Below are positions 49,303-58,548 of a DNA stretch of 64,000 nt, piece after piece (position 1 is the stretch's first letter; each line of letters starts with the position of its first letter). The notes under the pieces are model-generated. The model searched no databases, was not told the DNA's origin, and worked only from the letters and a program-made list of their open reading frames with translations. The stretch comes from Alphaproteobacteria bacterium GM7ARS4. GTDB lineage: Bacteria > Pseudomonadota > Alphaproteobacteria > GM7ARS4. The stretch spans positions 18,371 to 82,370 of the forward strand of contig JACONL010000002.1 in the NCBI GenBank assembly GCA_014332745.1, read 5' to 3'. The position numbers and the translations under genes are program-made.

Positions 49303-52083
49303 ATGATGGAGGAGAGAGACAAGGTGCGTCCTGAGCCATCCCCTTTTATACGTCCCTTGCGCAAGTACAGAAAGAAGGGGGAGGCGCGTCCCCTTTCCTA
49401 TGTGAGTCTCACAGCGGCCTCTCACCATTATCGCTGTGACATCACCCACCTTCCTTATACGCTACGTATTCTGTTGGAGAATGTGTTGCGATGCGCGCCT
49501 CACAGGGACGATGCTATCCGTTCTTTGATGACGTATGGGCGGGAAGAGGAGGCGACGACATCAGAATCACTGGCTATTCCTTTGATGCCTGTGCGGGTGT
49601 TGATGCAAGATTTCACAGCTGTGCCGGCGGTTGTTGATTTGGCGTCCATGCGTAGTGTCATGGAGGCGTTAGGTAAGGATCCCTCGCGTATCAATCCGCG
49701 CATTGCCGTGGATCTCGTCATTGACCATTCCGTGACGGTTGACCATTATGCCTCGAAGGATGCCTTTATGCATAATGTGCGTGACGAATTTTCTCGTAAT
49801 CAAGAGCGTTATCGTTTTTTGAAATGGGCGCAGAATGCCTTTTCGCATTTTCGGGTCGTTCCGCCGGGCACAGGGATATGCCATCAGGTGAATTTAGAGT
49901 ATCTGGCGTCAGTGGTGCATTGTCGGGAGGAGGACATGGTGCTCTGTCCCGATGTCGTCATCGGAACAGATAGCCATACGACGATGGTCAATGGTTTAGG
50001 CGTGCTGGGGTGGGGTGTTGGCGGTATTGAGGCAGAAGCCGCCATGTTAGGGCAGGCACTCTCTATGGAGATACCACAGGTCGTAGGCGTGCATATGCAT
50101 TCTTCCTTGTCGCCGACGGTGAGTGCCACAGACCTTGTGCTGACGGTGACGGAACGTTTGCGCCAAAAGAATGTCGTTGGCAAATTTGTTGAGTTCTTTG
50201 GCGAGGCGGTGAAAGACTTATCCCTTGCCGATAGGGCGACTCTTGCCAATATGGCGCCTGAATATGGTGCGACATGTGGCTATTTTCCTGTGGATGAAGA
50301 GACATGCCGTTATTTGAAGCTCAGTGGGCGCGATTCGTCCCATGTGGACATCGTCGAGGCGTATGCGAAGGCGCAAGGTTTGTGGGCCTTGTCGCCAGAG
50401 GAGGTGCGCCATCGTTACCATGATATTGTGGATGTGGACCTCAGTAGAATCGAGCCGAGCCTTGCTGGTCCTTCGAAGCCTCAGGACAGAGTGTCTTTGG
50501 TTGATGTGCCAAAGCAATTTGCGTCCTATCACAAGGCGCTGACAGAGGAAGGGGCGCATGGTGAGAGCACAATCCATGAGAGCACGGCAAGGGGGGAGAA
50601 AGAGTCCCTGAGCGATGGACATGTCGTCATCGCCGCCATCACCAGTTGTACGAACACGTCTAATCCTTATGCCATGTTGGCGGCGGGATTGCTCGCTCAA
50701 CGCGCTGTCCGTGCGGGTTTGAAGGTTAAGGCGTGGGTTAAGACATCTTTGGCGCCTGGTAGTGCCGTTGTGCGTGACTATTTAGAGAAAGCCGATGTGA
50801 TGACGTCTTTGGAGGCTTTAGGCTTTCATATTGTTGGCTATGGCTGTATGACGTGTATTGGCAATTCTGGTCCTTTGAAGCCTGTCTATGAAGAGGAGAT
50901 ACGTCGTCGCCGTCTCTGTGTGGCATCAGTTTTGTCGGGGAATCGTAATTTTGAGGGGCGTATCCATCCGTTGGTGCGGGCGAACTATCTGACGTCTCCC
51001 CTTCTTGTTGTGGCGTATGCTTTGGCGGGTTCGCTCTATTGTGATATGGAGAAAGATCCCTTGGGTGTGACGTCTGATGGCGCGCCTCTGTTTTTGCGCG
51101 ACATCCTTCCTCAAGGACATGAGGTGCGCGCGATGGTGTCGTCCCATGTGCGCGACTCCATGTTTAAGGCGCATTATGGTGACGTTTTCAAGGGAACGGA
51201 GGCATGGCAACGACTTCCTACAGAGCATTCTGTGACCTATGATTGGCAGGAGGAGTCCACCTATGTGCGTGAAGTGCCTTTCTTTGAAGAGGTAAAGAAG
51301 GGCAAGAATGGCGCGAGGAGTCGTCATCATGGCGGTGATGGTGGTATCAGGGGGGCGCGCCCTCTTGTCATATTGGGCGATTCCATCACCACAGACCATA
51401 TTTCGCCAGCGGGGGCTATCAGCCCTATGAGCGCGGCGGCGGACTATCTCACGGCCTGTGGTGTGGCGCCGTCAGCGTTTAATTCCTATGGGGCGCGGCG
51501 AGGCAATCATGAGGTCATGGTCCGTGGCACCTTTGCCAATGTGCGTTTGCGGAATCGTATGGTGGCGGGGAAGGAAGGGGGCTATACGCGTGTCTATCCT
51601 CAAGGGAGAGAGATGCGTCTTTTTGAGGCGGCACAAGCGTATCGTCGCCAAGGCACGCCTTTGATTGTCATTGCTGGAAAACATTATGGCGCTGGCTCTT
51701 CGCGGGATTGGGCGGCGAAGGGGCCCCGTCTTCTTGGTGTGCGCGCCGTCATTGCCTCTAGTTTTGAGCGCATTCATCGCTCGAATCTTGTGGGCATGGG
51801 GATTCTTCCCCTTGTGTGGGCTGAGGGTATCGATGTCCCTTCTTTTGCTGGGTGTGAGCTCTTTGATATAGAGTGGCAGCAGCTCTGTGTGAAGGGGGAT
51901 GTGATGTTGCGCGTTACCGATGATACGGGGGCGCTTTTAGGGACATACCCCATGCGCTGTTGCATTCATACGGACGAAGAAATGCATGCCTACAACGCTG
52001 GCGGGATTCTTCCTTTCGTCTTGCAAACGATGATGAAGCAAGGGGACGTGACGAGACATCATGTGGACGATAAGGGGGTGTGA
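49303..52083 (+). CDS. acnA: aconitate hydratase A
   Basis: about 927 aa; LRILLENVLR, VLMQDFTAVPAVVDLASMR, SCTNTSNP, GCMTCIGNSG, SGNRNFEGR motifs. Confidence 0.92.
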   Translation: MMEERDKVRPEPSPFIRPLRKYRKKGEARPLSYVSLTAASHHYRCDITHLPYTLRILLENVLRCAPHRDDAIRSLMTYGREEEATTSESLAIPLMPVRVLMQDFTAVPAVVDLASMRSVMEALGKDPSRINPRIAVDLVIDHSVTVDHYASKDAFMHNVRDEFSRNQERYRFLKWAQNAFSHFRVVPPGTGICHQVNLEYLASVVHCREEDMVLCPDVVIGTDSHTTMVNGLGVLGWGVGGIEAEAAMLGQALSMEIPQVVGVHMHSSLSPTVSATDLVLTVTERLRQKNVVGKFVEFFGEAVKDLSLADRATLANMAPEYGATCGYFPVDEETCRYLKLSGRDSSHVDIVEAYAKAQGLWALSPEEVRHRYHDIVDVDLSRIEPSLAGPSKPQDRVSLVDVPKQFASYHKALTEEGAHGESTIHESTARGEKESLSDGHVVIAAITSCTNTSNPYAMLAAGLLAQRAVRAGLKVKAWVKTSLAPGSAVVRDYLEKADVMTSLEALGFHIVGYGCMTCIGNSGPLKPVYEEEIRRRRLCVASVLSGNRNFEGRIHPLVRANYLTSPLLVVAYALAGSLYCDMEKDPLGVTSDGAPLFLRDILPQGHEVRAMVSSHVRDSMFKAHYGDVFKGTEAWQRLPTEHSVTYDWQEESTYVREVPFFEEVKKGKNGARSRHHGGDGGIRGARPLVILGDSITTDHISPAGAISPMSAAADYLTACGVAPSAFNSYGARRGNHEVMVRGTFANVRLRNRMVAGKEGGYTRVYPQGREMRLFEAAQAYRRQGTPLIVIAGKHYGAGSSRDWAAKGPRLLGVRAVIASSFERIHRSNLVGMGILPLVWAEGIDVPSFAGCELFDIEWQQLCVKGDVMLRVTDDTGALLGTYPMRCCIHTDEEMHAYNAGGILPFVLQTMMKQGDVTRHHVDDKGV

Positions 52084-52520
52084 TGATGTCGATCGTGGAA
52101 AAAATAGAGGCTCTGTGTCATAGGCGTGGATTGCGGATGACGGAGCAGCGCCGCCTCATTGCCCATGTGTTAGAACAAGCTGATGACCATCCCGATGTGG
52201 AGGAGCTCTATAGGCGGGCGCAAGCGAGAGATTCATCCATCAGTATCGGCACGGTCTATCGGACGGTGCGTATGTTAGAGGATGCTGGCATTTTAGCGCG
52301 CCATGGCTTTGGCGGGAGCAGATCGCGCTACGAGCCAGCGACAGAGGAGCATCACGACCATTTGGTGGATGTGCGTAGCGGGAAGGTGATCGAATTTTCC
52401 AATGACGATATCGAGAGACTACAGCACAAGATCGCGCAAGAATTAGGCTATCGCCTCATAGGGCATCGCCTCGAACTCTATGCTGTTCCCCTCGAGGGGC
52501 GTGATAAAGAAAAATCATAA
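52080..52520 (+). CDS. Fur family transcriptional regulator (Fur/Mur/Irr-like)
   Basis: MTEQRRLIAHVL winged helix, metal site HHDH; ATG overlaps acnA stop. Confidence 0.8.
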   Translation: MMMSIVEKIEALCHRRGLRMTEQRRLIAHVLEQADDHPDVEELYRRAQARDSSISIGTVYRTVRMLEDAGILARHGFGGSRSRYEPATEEHHDHLVDVRSGKVIEFSNDDIERLQHKIAQELGYRLIGHRLELYAVPLEGRDKEKS

Positions 52521-53360
52521 GGGCGTTTCCCTCATGGTCGTTGCGGCGCGTTCGAGGCGCTTTTTCATGATCGTGATGGCGTCATGATTGCTGTCGATCA
52601 AGACAGCATGGCGTCCATGGCGGATGGCGGCTTCCCCTGTTGTGCCACTGCCAGCAAAGAAGTCCAAGACCATGTCCCCGGGATTGCTGTGGACTCGCAC
52701 AATGCGTTCGAGAATTGCCACGGGCTTTTGTGTCGGGTAGTTCGTTTTTTCGCGCCCATTGGTTGGGACAATGGTATTCCACCACACATCTGTGGGTGTC
52801 TTTCCTCTTGCCGCCTTCTCCTTGCCGACCAGACTAGGCGCCATATACGGAATTCTATCAATGTCGTCATAGCGGTATGTATAACAACGAGGGTTTTTCA
52901 CATACCAAAAAATCGTGTCGTGCTTTGCTGACCATCGTGTTTTAGAGCGTCCGCCATAATCATAGGCCCATATGATTTCATTCATGAAACTCTGCCGACC
53001 GAATATGTCATCCAAGAGGACCTTGCAATAATGCGCTTCGCGATAATCGATATGGAAGAACAGCGCCCCGTCAGGGGCAAGGAGTCTGTAGGCTTCTATC
53101 AGGCGTGGTTTAATGAACGCCATGAAGTCATCAAAATAGTCGTCATAAGATGGTGAGTCGATGTCCGTCACATGATAACGTTTCCCGCCATACCCATGAC
53201 GCGTGCCATGCATATCTTGTGCCACGGCCATGCGTTGACGCCTCTGGCGTTTGCCTGTGTTGAAGGGGGGGTCAATATAGATGAGATGGAACATCCCGTC
53301 CTTATACTCAGGGAGAATGTCGAGGCAATCCCCATGGCGAATGATACATCGCTGTCCCAT
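52515..53360 (-). CDS. DNA methyltransferase, beta-class N6-adenine/N4-cytosine (PF01555-like), orphan
   Basis: Motif IV IYIDPPFN precedes motif I VLDFFAGSGTTGEAA; no restriction endonuclease adjacent; start taken at internal MGQRC. Confidence 0.75.
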   Translation of the reverse strand: MGQRCIIRHGDCLDILPEYKDGMFHLIYIDPPFNTGKRQRRQRMAVAQDMHGTRHGYGGKRYHVTDIDSPSYDDYFDDFMAFIKPRLIEAYRLLAPDGALFFHIDYREAHYCKVLLDDIFGRQSFMNEIIWAYDYGGRSKTRWSAKHDTIFWYVKNPRCYTYRYDDIDRIPYMAPSLVGKEKAARGKTPTDVWWNTIVPTNGREKTNYPTQKPVAILERIVRVHSNPGDMVLDFFAGSGTTGEAAIRHGRHAVLIDSNHDAITIMKKRLERAATTMRETPL

Positions 53361-53573
53361 ACTACGCTTATTCCGTTCGGTTAAGGAAAAAAACGGCACA
53401 TAAGACCATACCAAGGTGAACATGCCAAAGGCACATACCAAGTATTATGTTCTTTTGTGTGTTATACTGCTCTCTCTATTAAAACCACGTCACTCGATGG
53501 GCCGACCATATGCGATATTTTTCTAGCGTTCTTTTATGCTTGACGCAAGGACTATGTCCACCGTTGAGCAAGG

Positions 53574-54398
53574 TTGCATGAACATCGTCATATGATGGAA
53601 TGGCTCATCAGGGGGGTGCGTGTCGTCATGTTGTTTGCCCTCTTTATGTGTCTTGTCGTCACGCATGTCGTCTGTCGTCCTGTTCTGAGAGAGCCCCTCC
53701 CTTCTGTTGCTCGTTTCTTCTATAGGATGTTGTTAGCGATCATGGGGATACATGTCTGTGTTCAGGGGGTGCGCTATAGGCGCGCATGTCTCTTTGTCGC
53801 CAACCATGCCTCGTGGCTTGACATTCCTATCATGGGGATGGTTTTGCCAGATGTGCGTTTTGTGGCGAAAGAGACATTATTATTGTCGCGCGTTTTTCGT
53901 ATTTTTTCATGGTGGCATCCTCCCCTTTTCGTTCAACGGCATCGGCGCTTTGATGTGCGTGAGCAGCGCGATAGGCTGTCGTCTCAACTGATGGATGGCA
54001 AGAGTCTCATGCTCTTTGCTGAGGGGTATGCGACTGACGGCAACAAAGTCCGTGAATTTAAGAGTAGCCTCTTCGATGCGGCTTACGCCCATGACATGAA
54101 GGTTCAACCTGTGAGTATTGCCTATAGCCATATGGATGGCACGCCTGTGCGGCAGATGATGCGCTCAACCTATGCGTGGTATGGGCATATGCGTTGGATA
54201 GCCCATGTGTGGCGCTTATTGTCCGTGACGCAGAGTCTCGTCACCATGCGTTTTTATACGCCTATGGTGTCGCGCGCCGCATCGTCGCGTAAAGACCTCG
54301 CCCATCGGTGCTGTCTATGCGTGAGACAAGGTGTGGCTCAAGACCTCTACGGCATAGGTGGCGAAAAACATGCGATGGAATACGAAGAGAAAACATAA
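53574..54398 (+). CDS. lysophospholipid acyltransferase family protein
   Basis: NHASWLD (HX4D) motif, TM N-terminus; positioned between fur-like gene and miaB. Confidence 0.65.
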   Translation: MHEHRHMMEWLIRGVRVVMLFALFMCLVVTHVVCRPVLREPLPSVARFFYRMLLAIMGIHVCVQGVRYRRACLFVANHASWLDIPIMGMVLPDVRFVAKETLLLSRVFRIFSWWHPPLFVQRHRRFDVREQRDRLSSQLMDGKSLMLFAEGYATDGNKVREFKSSLFDAAYAHDMKVQPVSIAYSHMDGTPVRQMMRSTYAWYGHMRWIAHVWRLLSVTQSLVTMRFYTPMVSRAASSRKDLAHRCCLCVRQGVAQDLYGIGGEKHAMEYEEKT

Positions 54399-54426
54399 GC
54401 GCGTGTATGCTGACGACACTTGACTT

Positions 54427-55914
54427 ATGGACATGCTCTATTATGGTGATAGAGGGCTTAAGAGTGGGAGAAGGATTTTCGTGGGTGGCACAGTTTTTTT
54501 GAAGACGTATGGTTGCCAGATGAACGTCTATGATTCGGAGCGTGTCCGTGATATGTTGGACGTCTTAGGCTATCGAGCGGTGGAGTCGCCTCAGCATGCG
54601 GATATTCTTGTGATGAATAGTTGTCATATTCGCGAGAAGGCAGAGGAGAAAGTCTATTCTGAACTAGGGACGTGGCGTCTTGTGAAAGAGAAGCGGCGAG
54701 ACGAGGGGCGTGAGACGACCATCGCCGTCATGGGGTGTGTCGCTCAGGCGGAGGGGCGTGAGATGAAACGGCGCGCGCCTTTTGTCGATATTATCATGGG
54801 CCCTCAGAGCTACCATCTTCTTCCCGAAGTCATGGCACGCCTTCACCGCCTGTCGTCCATGAAAAAGGCGAAGGGCGCAAGGGATGGGATGAAAGGGGCG
54901 GGCGTGATGCGCACATCTTTTGCCTATGAAGAAAAATTTGATGCTCTACCCCCTATCAAGACGAGCCGTGTGAGCGCCTTGATGACGGTGCAAGAAGGGT
55001 GTGACCGTTTCTGTCATTTTTGCGTTGTGCCTTATACGCGTGGCGCCGAATGGTCTCGTCCCGTTGAGGCTGTGTTAGAGGAAGCGCGCCAGCGGGTGCG
55101 CCATGGCGCGCGCGAGATTGTCCTCTTAGGACAGAATGTGAATGCCTATCATGGGTGTGATGGACGGGGAGGCACGCTCTCTCTTGCTGGCGTGATCGAG
55201 CGTTTGGCGTTGATAGACGGGCTAGAGCGTATTCGCTATACGACATCCCATCCTGCCGATATGCGGCAAGACCTCATCGATGCCCATGGCGACATTCCCC
55301 AATTGATGCCTTTTGTGCATTTGCCCGTGCAATCTGGCTCTGATAGGGTGCTGAAGGCTATGAACAGGCGTCATACGGCAGATGATTACCGCCGTATTAT
55401 CGACAAACTACGCCATAGGCGTGAGGACATAGCCTTCTCGTCCGATTTCATTGTTGGGTTCGTCAACGAAACAGAAGAGGATTTTACGCAGACTCTTGAT
55501 ATGGTTCGTGATGTAGGCTTTGCCTCTGGCTTTTCCTTTTGCTATTCGCCGCGCCATGGGACACCAGCCGCCATGCGCCCGACTGGCGTATCAACATCGG
55601 ACGCCCAAAGGCGTTTGAAAGTCTTACAAGATGTGCTCGAGGAGAGCAAGACACGCTTTCATGAGAGGCTTTGTGGCATGACCATTCCCGTCCTTGTGGA
55701 AGAGAAAAAAGAGGACGGGACATGCTACGGGCGTAGCCCATGGATGCAGTCTGTCCATATTGACGCATGGCATGGCGAGGAGGCGGGTGTCGGCACAATA
55801 CGCCACGTCTCTATCCACAGAGCGTCACCCCACAGCGTGTATGGGCGTCTTGAGTCTTCCATGTCGTCCCCTCATGCGTCAATACAGGCGAAATCTCCTA
55901 TGGTATTCTCGTGA
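54427..55914 (+). CDS. miaB: tRNA-2-methylthio-N6-dimethylallyladenosine synthase
   Basis: VFLKTYGCQMNVYDSE MTTase N-domain, radical SAM CDRFCHFCVVP, TRAM C-terminus; real start probably near 54480. Confidence 0.9.
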   Translation: MDMLYYGDRGLKSGRRIFVGGTVFLKTYGCQMNVYDSERVRDMLDVLGYRAVESPQHADILVMNSCHIREKAEEKVYSELGTWRLVKEKRRDEGRETTIAVMGCVAQAEGREMKRRAPFVDIIMGPQSYHLLPEVMARLHRLSSMKKAKGARDGMKGAGVMRTSFAYEEKFDALPPIKTSRVSALMTVQEGCDRFCHFCVVPYTRGAEWSRPVEAVLEEARQRVRHGAREIVLLGQNVNAYHGCDGRGGTLSLAGVIERLALIDGLERIRYTTSHPADMRQDLIDAHGDIPQLMPFVHLPVQSGSDRVLKAMNRRHTADDYRRIIDKLRHRREDIAFSSDFIVGFVNETEEDFTQTLDMVRDVGFASGFSFCYSPRHGTPAAMRPTGVSTSDAQRRLKVLQDVLEESKTRFHERLCGMTIPVLVEEKKEDGTCYGRSPWMQSVHIDAWHGEEAGVGTIRHVSIHRASPHSVYGRLESSMSSPHASIQAKSPMVFS

Positions 55915-57008
55915 AAAAGACACGGCTGACCTCCCATTCTTTCTCTGAGTCGACCCCTGTGGCGTTAGCGCCTACATCGGTTGTCCTGTCCTTTGAGGAT
56001 ATAGACCGCTTGGCTCTGTTATGTGGCGTCCATGATGCTCACCTCGTGTGCTTGGAAAAAGAGGCGGGCGTCTCTATCTACCCCAAAGGCAACACATTGT
56101 CGGTTGTGGGTGAGCCTCTATCGGTTGCCCATGTCGTGCGCGCTCTCCAGCGTCTCTATGGCGCATTGGCGTCTATGGGCGGTGAGCATGGGGTGTCCCA
56201 AGAGAGCGTCATGGCATGTTATGATGAGGAAAGACGCAGACAGCGCCTCTTGTCTTCCGTTGAAGGCATGGATGAAGAGAGAAAGGCATCGATTCGCATT
56301 CATCAGCATGGTGTGGTGGCGCGTCGTCTTATGCAAGCCCGTTATATGGAAGCGATGGCGCGCTATCCCGTTGTTTTTGCCGAAGGCCCTGCGGGCACTG
56401 GCAAGACATATCTCTCTATCGCCTATGCCGCCTCTATGCTTGTGTCTGGTGATGTAGAGCGCATTGTGCTGTCGCGTCCAGCTGTAGAGGCGGGGGAACG
56501 TCTAGGATTTCTGCCGGGCGATATGAAAGAAAAGGTAGACCCTTACTTACGTCCTCTCTATGATGCGCTCAACGACATGATGTCGCCCCACACCCTTGCG
56601 CGCTATAGGGACAGAGGGATGATCGAGGTTGCGCCTCTGGCATTTATGCGTGGACGCACATTGAGGAATGCGTTTATCATTCTCGATGAAGCACAGAACA
56701 CGACACCGATACAAATGAAGATGTTTTTGACCCGCCTTGGTGAAGGCTCACACATGGTCATTGCTGGCGATGCCAGTCAGGTGGATAGCATTCCGTCGTC
56801 TCGCTCAGGGCTGACGGATGCTCTCGAGATTTTTTCCTCGATGGACGATGTTAAAGTCATCCATTTCACAGAGAGGGACTCAGTCCGCCACCCCCTTGTT
56901 CAGAAAATGCTCGAAGCCTATGGACGTAAAGCCCGCCAAGCCAATATGGCAGAAGAGGGGAGACGACAGAAAGCCCATCGAGGCCATGGAGAGCATGGGG
57001 AGGAATAG
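55911..57008 (+). CDS. ybeZ: PhoH-like ATPase (YbeZ)
   Basis: VVFAEGPAGTGKTYL Walker A, IILDEAQNTTP. Confidence 0.9.
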   Translation: MKKTRLTSHSFSESTPVALAPTSVVLSFEDIDRLALLCGVHDAHLVCLEKEAGVSIYPKGNTLSVVGEPLSVAHVVRALQRLYGALASMGGEHGVSQESVMACYDEERRRQRLLSSVEGMDEERKASIRIHQHGVVARRLMQARYMEAMARYPVVFAEGPAGTGKTYLSIAYAASMLVSGDVERIVLSRPAVEAGERLGFLPGDMKEKVDPYLRPLYDALNDMMSPHTLARYRDRGMIEVAPLAFMRGRTLRNAFIILDEAQNTTPIQMKMFLTRLGEGSHMVIAGDASQVDSIPSSRSGLTDALEIFSSMDDVKVIHFTERDSVRHPLVQKMLEAYGRKARQANMAEEGRRQKAHRGHGEHGEE

Positions 57009-57662
57009 ATGAGACATGTCTTGTTGGCATGCACATTGTGCGACAGGAGTGAAGGATGGTCTGTGCATAAGCCTTTTCATCAGCTGTTGCGCCATGCCTT
57101 ATGGGCGAGTCTACAGAGCGCAAGCCCGTCGCGCCGTATCGTCATGGAAGAGGAAGAGGGGAGGGAGAGGCAGGGACACCGCCCGCCAGATTATGTTGTG
57201 GATGTCAGCATTGTTGATGATGCGGTGATTCATATGATGAATAGGCGTCACAGAGGAAGAGACATGCCAACGAACGTCCTCAGTTTTTGGGATGAACAGG
57301 CATGTGATGCATGGCACAGCATGTCATGGACCTCTCATGGGATGTCTCGGGGGACCTCTCGGGGGCTGTCTCGGGGGATGTCTCGGGGGATGTCGCAGGA
57401 TGGGCGTCATCGTCCTTCTATGGCGCCATGGTGTCTGGGGGATATTATTCTTGGGTATCAGACGGTCATGAAAGAATCGCGCGCCTTGTCTATGACGTGG
57501 TATCGTCATGCATGTCGTTTGATTATCCATGGCGGGTTACATCTTGTGGGCTATACCCATGGAACAGAAGGCGCGTATCGTCTTATGGAGCAAAAGGCAG
57601 ACAAGGCGTGGGCGCTGACCCGCGCTGCGATGAGGGACTATGATGAAAGCATGGCTGGATAG
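57009..57662 (+). CDS. ybeY: rRNA maturation RNase YbeY with Ser-Arg-Gly repeat insertion
   Basis: HGGLHLVGYTH zinc-binding motif; insertion MSRGTSRGLSRGMSRGMS encoded by 12-nt tandem repeats. Confidence 0.85.
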   Translation: MRHVLLACTLCDRSEGWSVHKPFHQLLRHALWASLQSASPSRRIVMEEEEGRERQGHRPPDYVVDVSIVDDAVIHMMNRRHRGRDMPTNVLSFWDEQACDAWHSMSWTSHGMSRGTSRGLSRGMSRGMSQDGRHRPSMAPWCLGDIILGYQTVMKESRALSMTWYRHACRLIIHGGLHLVGYTHGTEGAYRLMEQKADKAWALTRAAMRDYDESMAG

Positions 57663-58548
57663 GTTGCGTTCCTATAAGGAGAATGGGGGTGACAACAATC
57701 ATTATCAGGGCAATGGGAGCGCGTCAGATGACAACGAGCAGGGTAAGGAGTCTGGTGATTCGTCTGTCATAGAGATTGTGAGACGCCTCATGGATATGAA
57801 CGATGACCGCGTCGATGGCTTGATGGTGCCTCGTGCCGACATGGTGGCGGCGGACATCAGCACCGACCCTCGCCATATTATGAAACGCATGCGCGAACAT
57901 AAAGTCGATATCATTCCTCTCTATCGCCATAGTTTGGACCAGATCATAGGCTGTGTGCGCGCATGGGACTTGGCGCTCCTTGATAAGGGGAAGAAGACAG
58001 AGTCCTTATCGACATGCTTGGAAAAGCCTCTCTATGTCGTTGGCTCGGCGCGGGTTCTCGATGTGTTTGCCGATATGTGTCACCATGGGACGACGGCGGC
58101 GGTTGTGCTGGACGAATATGGCGGGGTGGATGGGTTTATCACCATGCATGATGTGATGATGTCGGTGTCTCAGGACATTTCCCACATGCGTGTTCACGGG
58201 CGTGGTCATGGACGTGTTTATGGACGTGTTCATGGGCTGGGCAACCATACGGGTTCTTGGCTCAAAGAGCGCGAAGGCTCGTATATTGTTGATGCCCGTT
58301 GCCATCTCCATGAGATCGAGAAGGCTGTTGGTCCTTTGCGTGTATCGGGGACGTTGACGGACGATTGCGATACGGTCGGGGGTCTTGTCTTTGCCCTTGC
58401 TGGGCGTGTTCCCGATAGGGGTGAGGTCGTCCGTAGCGATGCGGGTTGGGAATTCGATGTGTTGGATGTGGATATGCGGCGCATTCGCCGTCTTCGCCTA
58501 CGCGCTGTTCCCGCAGAAGTGCCTCATGACACGCACCCTCGTGGCTGA
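57640..58548 (+). CDS. ybeX: CBS-pair + CorC/HlyC transporter-associated domain protein (CorC/YbeX-like) with His/Gly/Arg repeat insertion
   Basis: CBS pair then CorC_HlyC C-terminus; insertion RVHGRGHGRVYGRVHG from four 12-nt tandem units. Confidence 0.85.
   Translation: MMKAWLDRLRSYKENGGDNNHYQGNGSASDDNEQGKESGDSSVIEIVRRLMDMNDDRVDGLMVPRADMVAADISTDPRHIMKRMREHKVDIIPLYRHSLDQIIGCVRAWDLALLDKGKKTESLSTCLEKPLYVVGSARVLDVFADMCHHGTTAAVVLDEYGGVDGFITMHDVMMSVSQDISHMRVHGRGHGRVYGRVHGLGNHTGSWLKEREGSYIVDARCHLHEIEKAVGPLRVSGTLTDDCDTVGGLVFALAGRVPDRGEVVRSDAGWEFDVLDVDMRRIRRLRLRAVPAEVPHDTHPRG

Noticed and set aside
57343-57400. Possible CRISPR array from the 12-nt tandem repeats in ybeY/ybeX
   Set aside because: The repeats are only 12 nt, have no spacers, and are in-frame inside conserved genes. 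There are no cas genes anywhere in the window.
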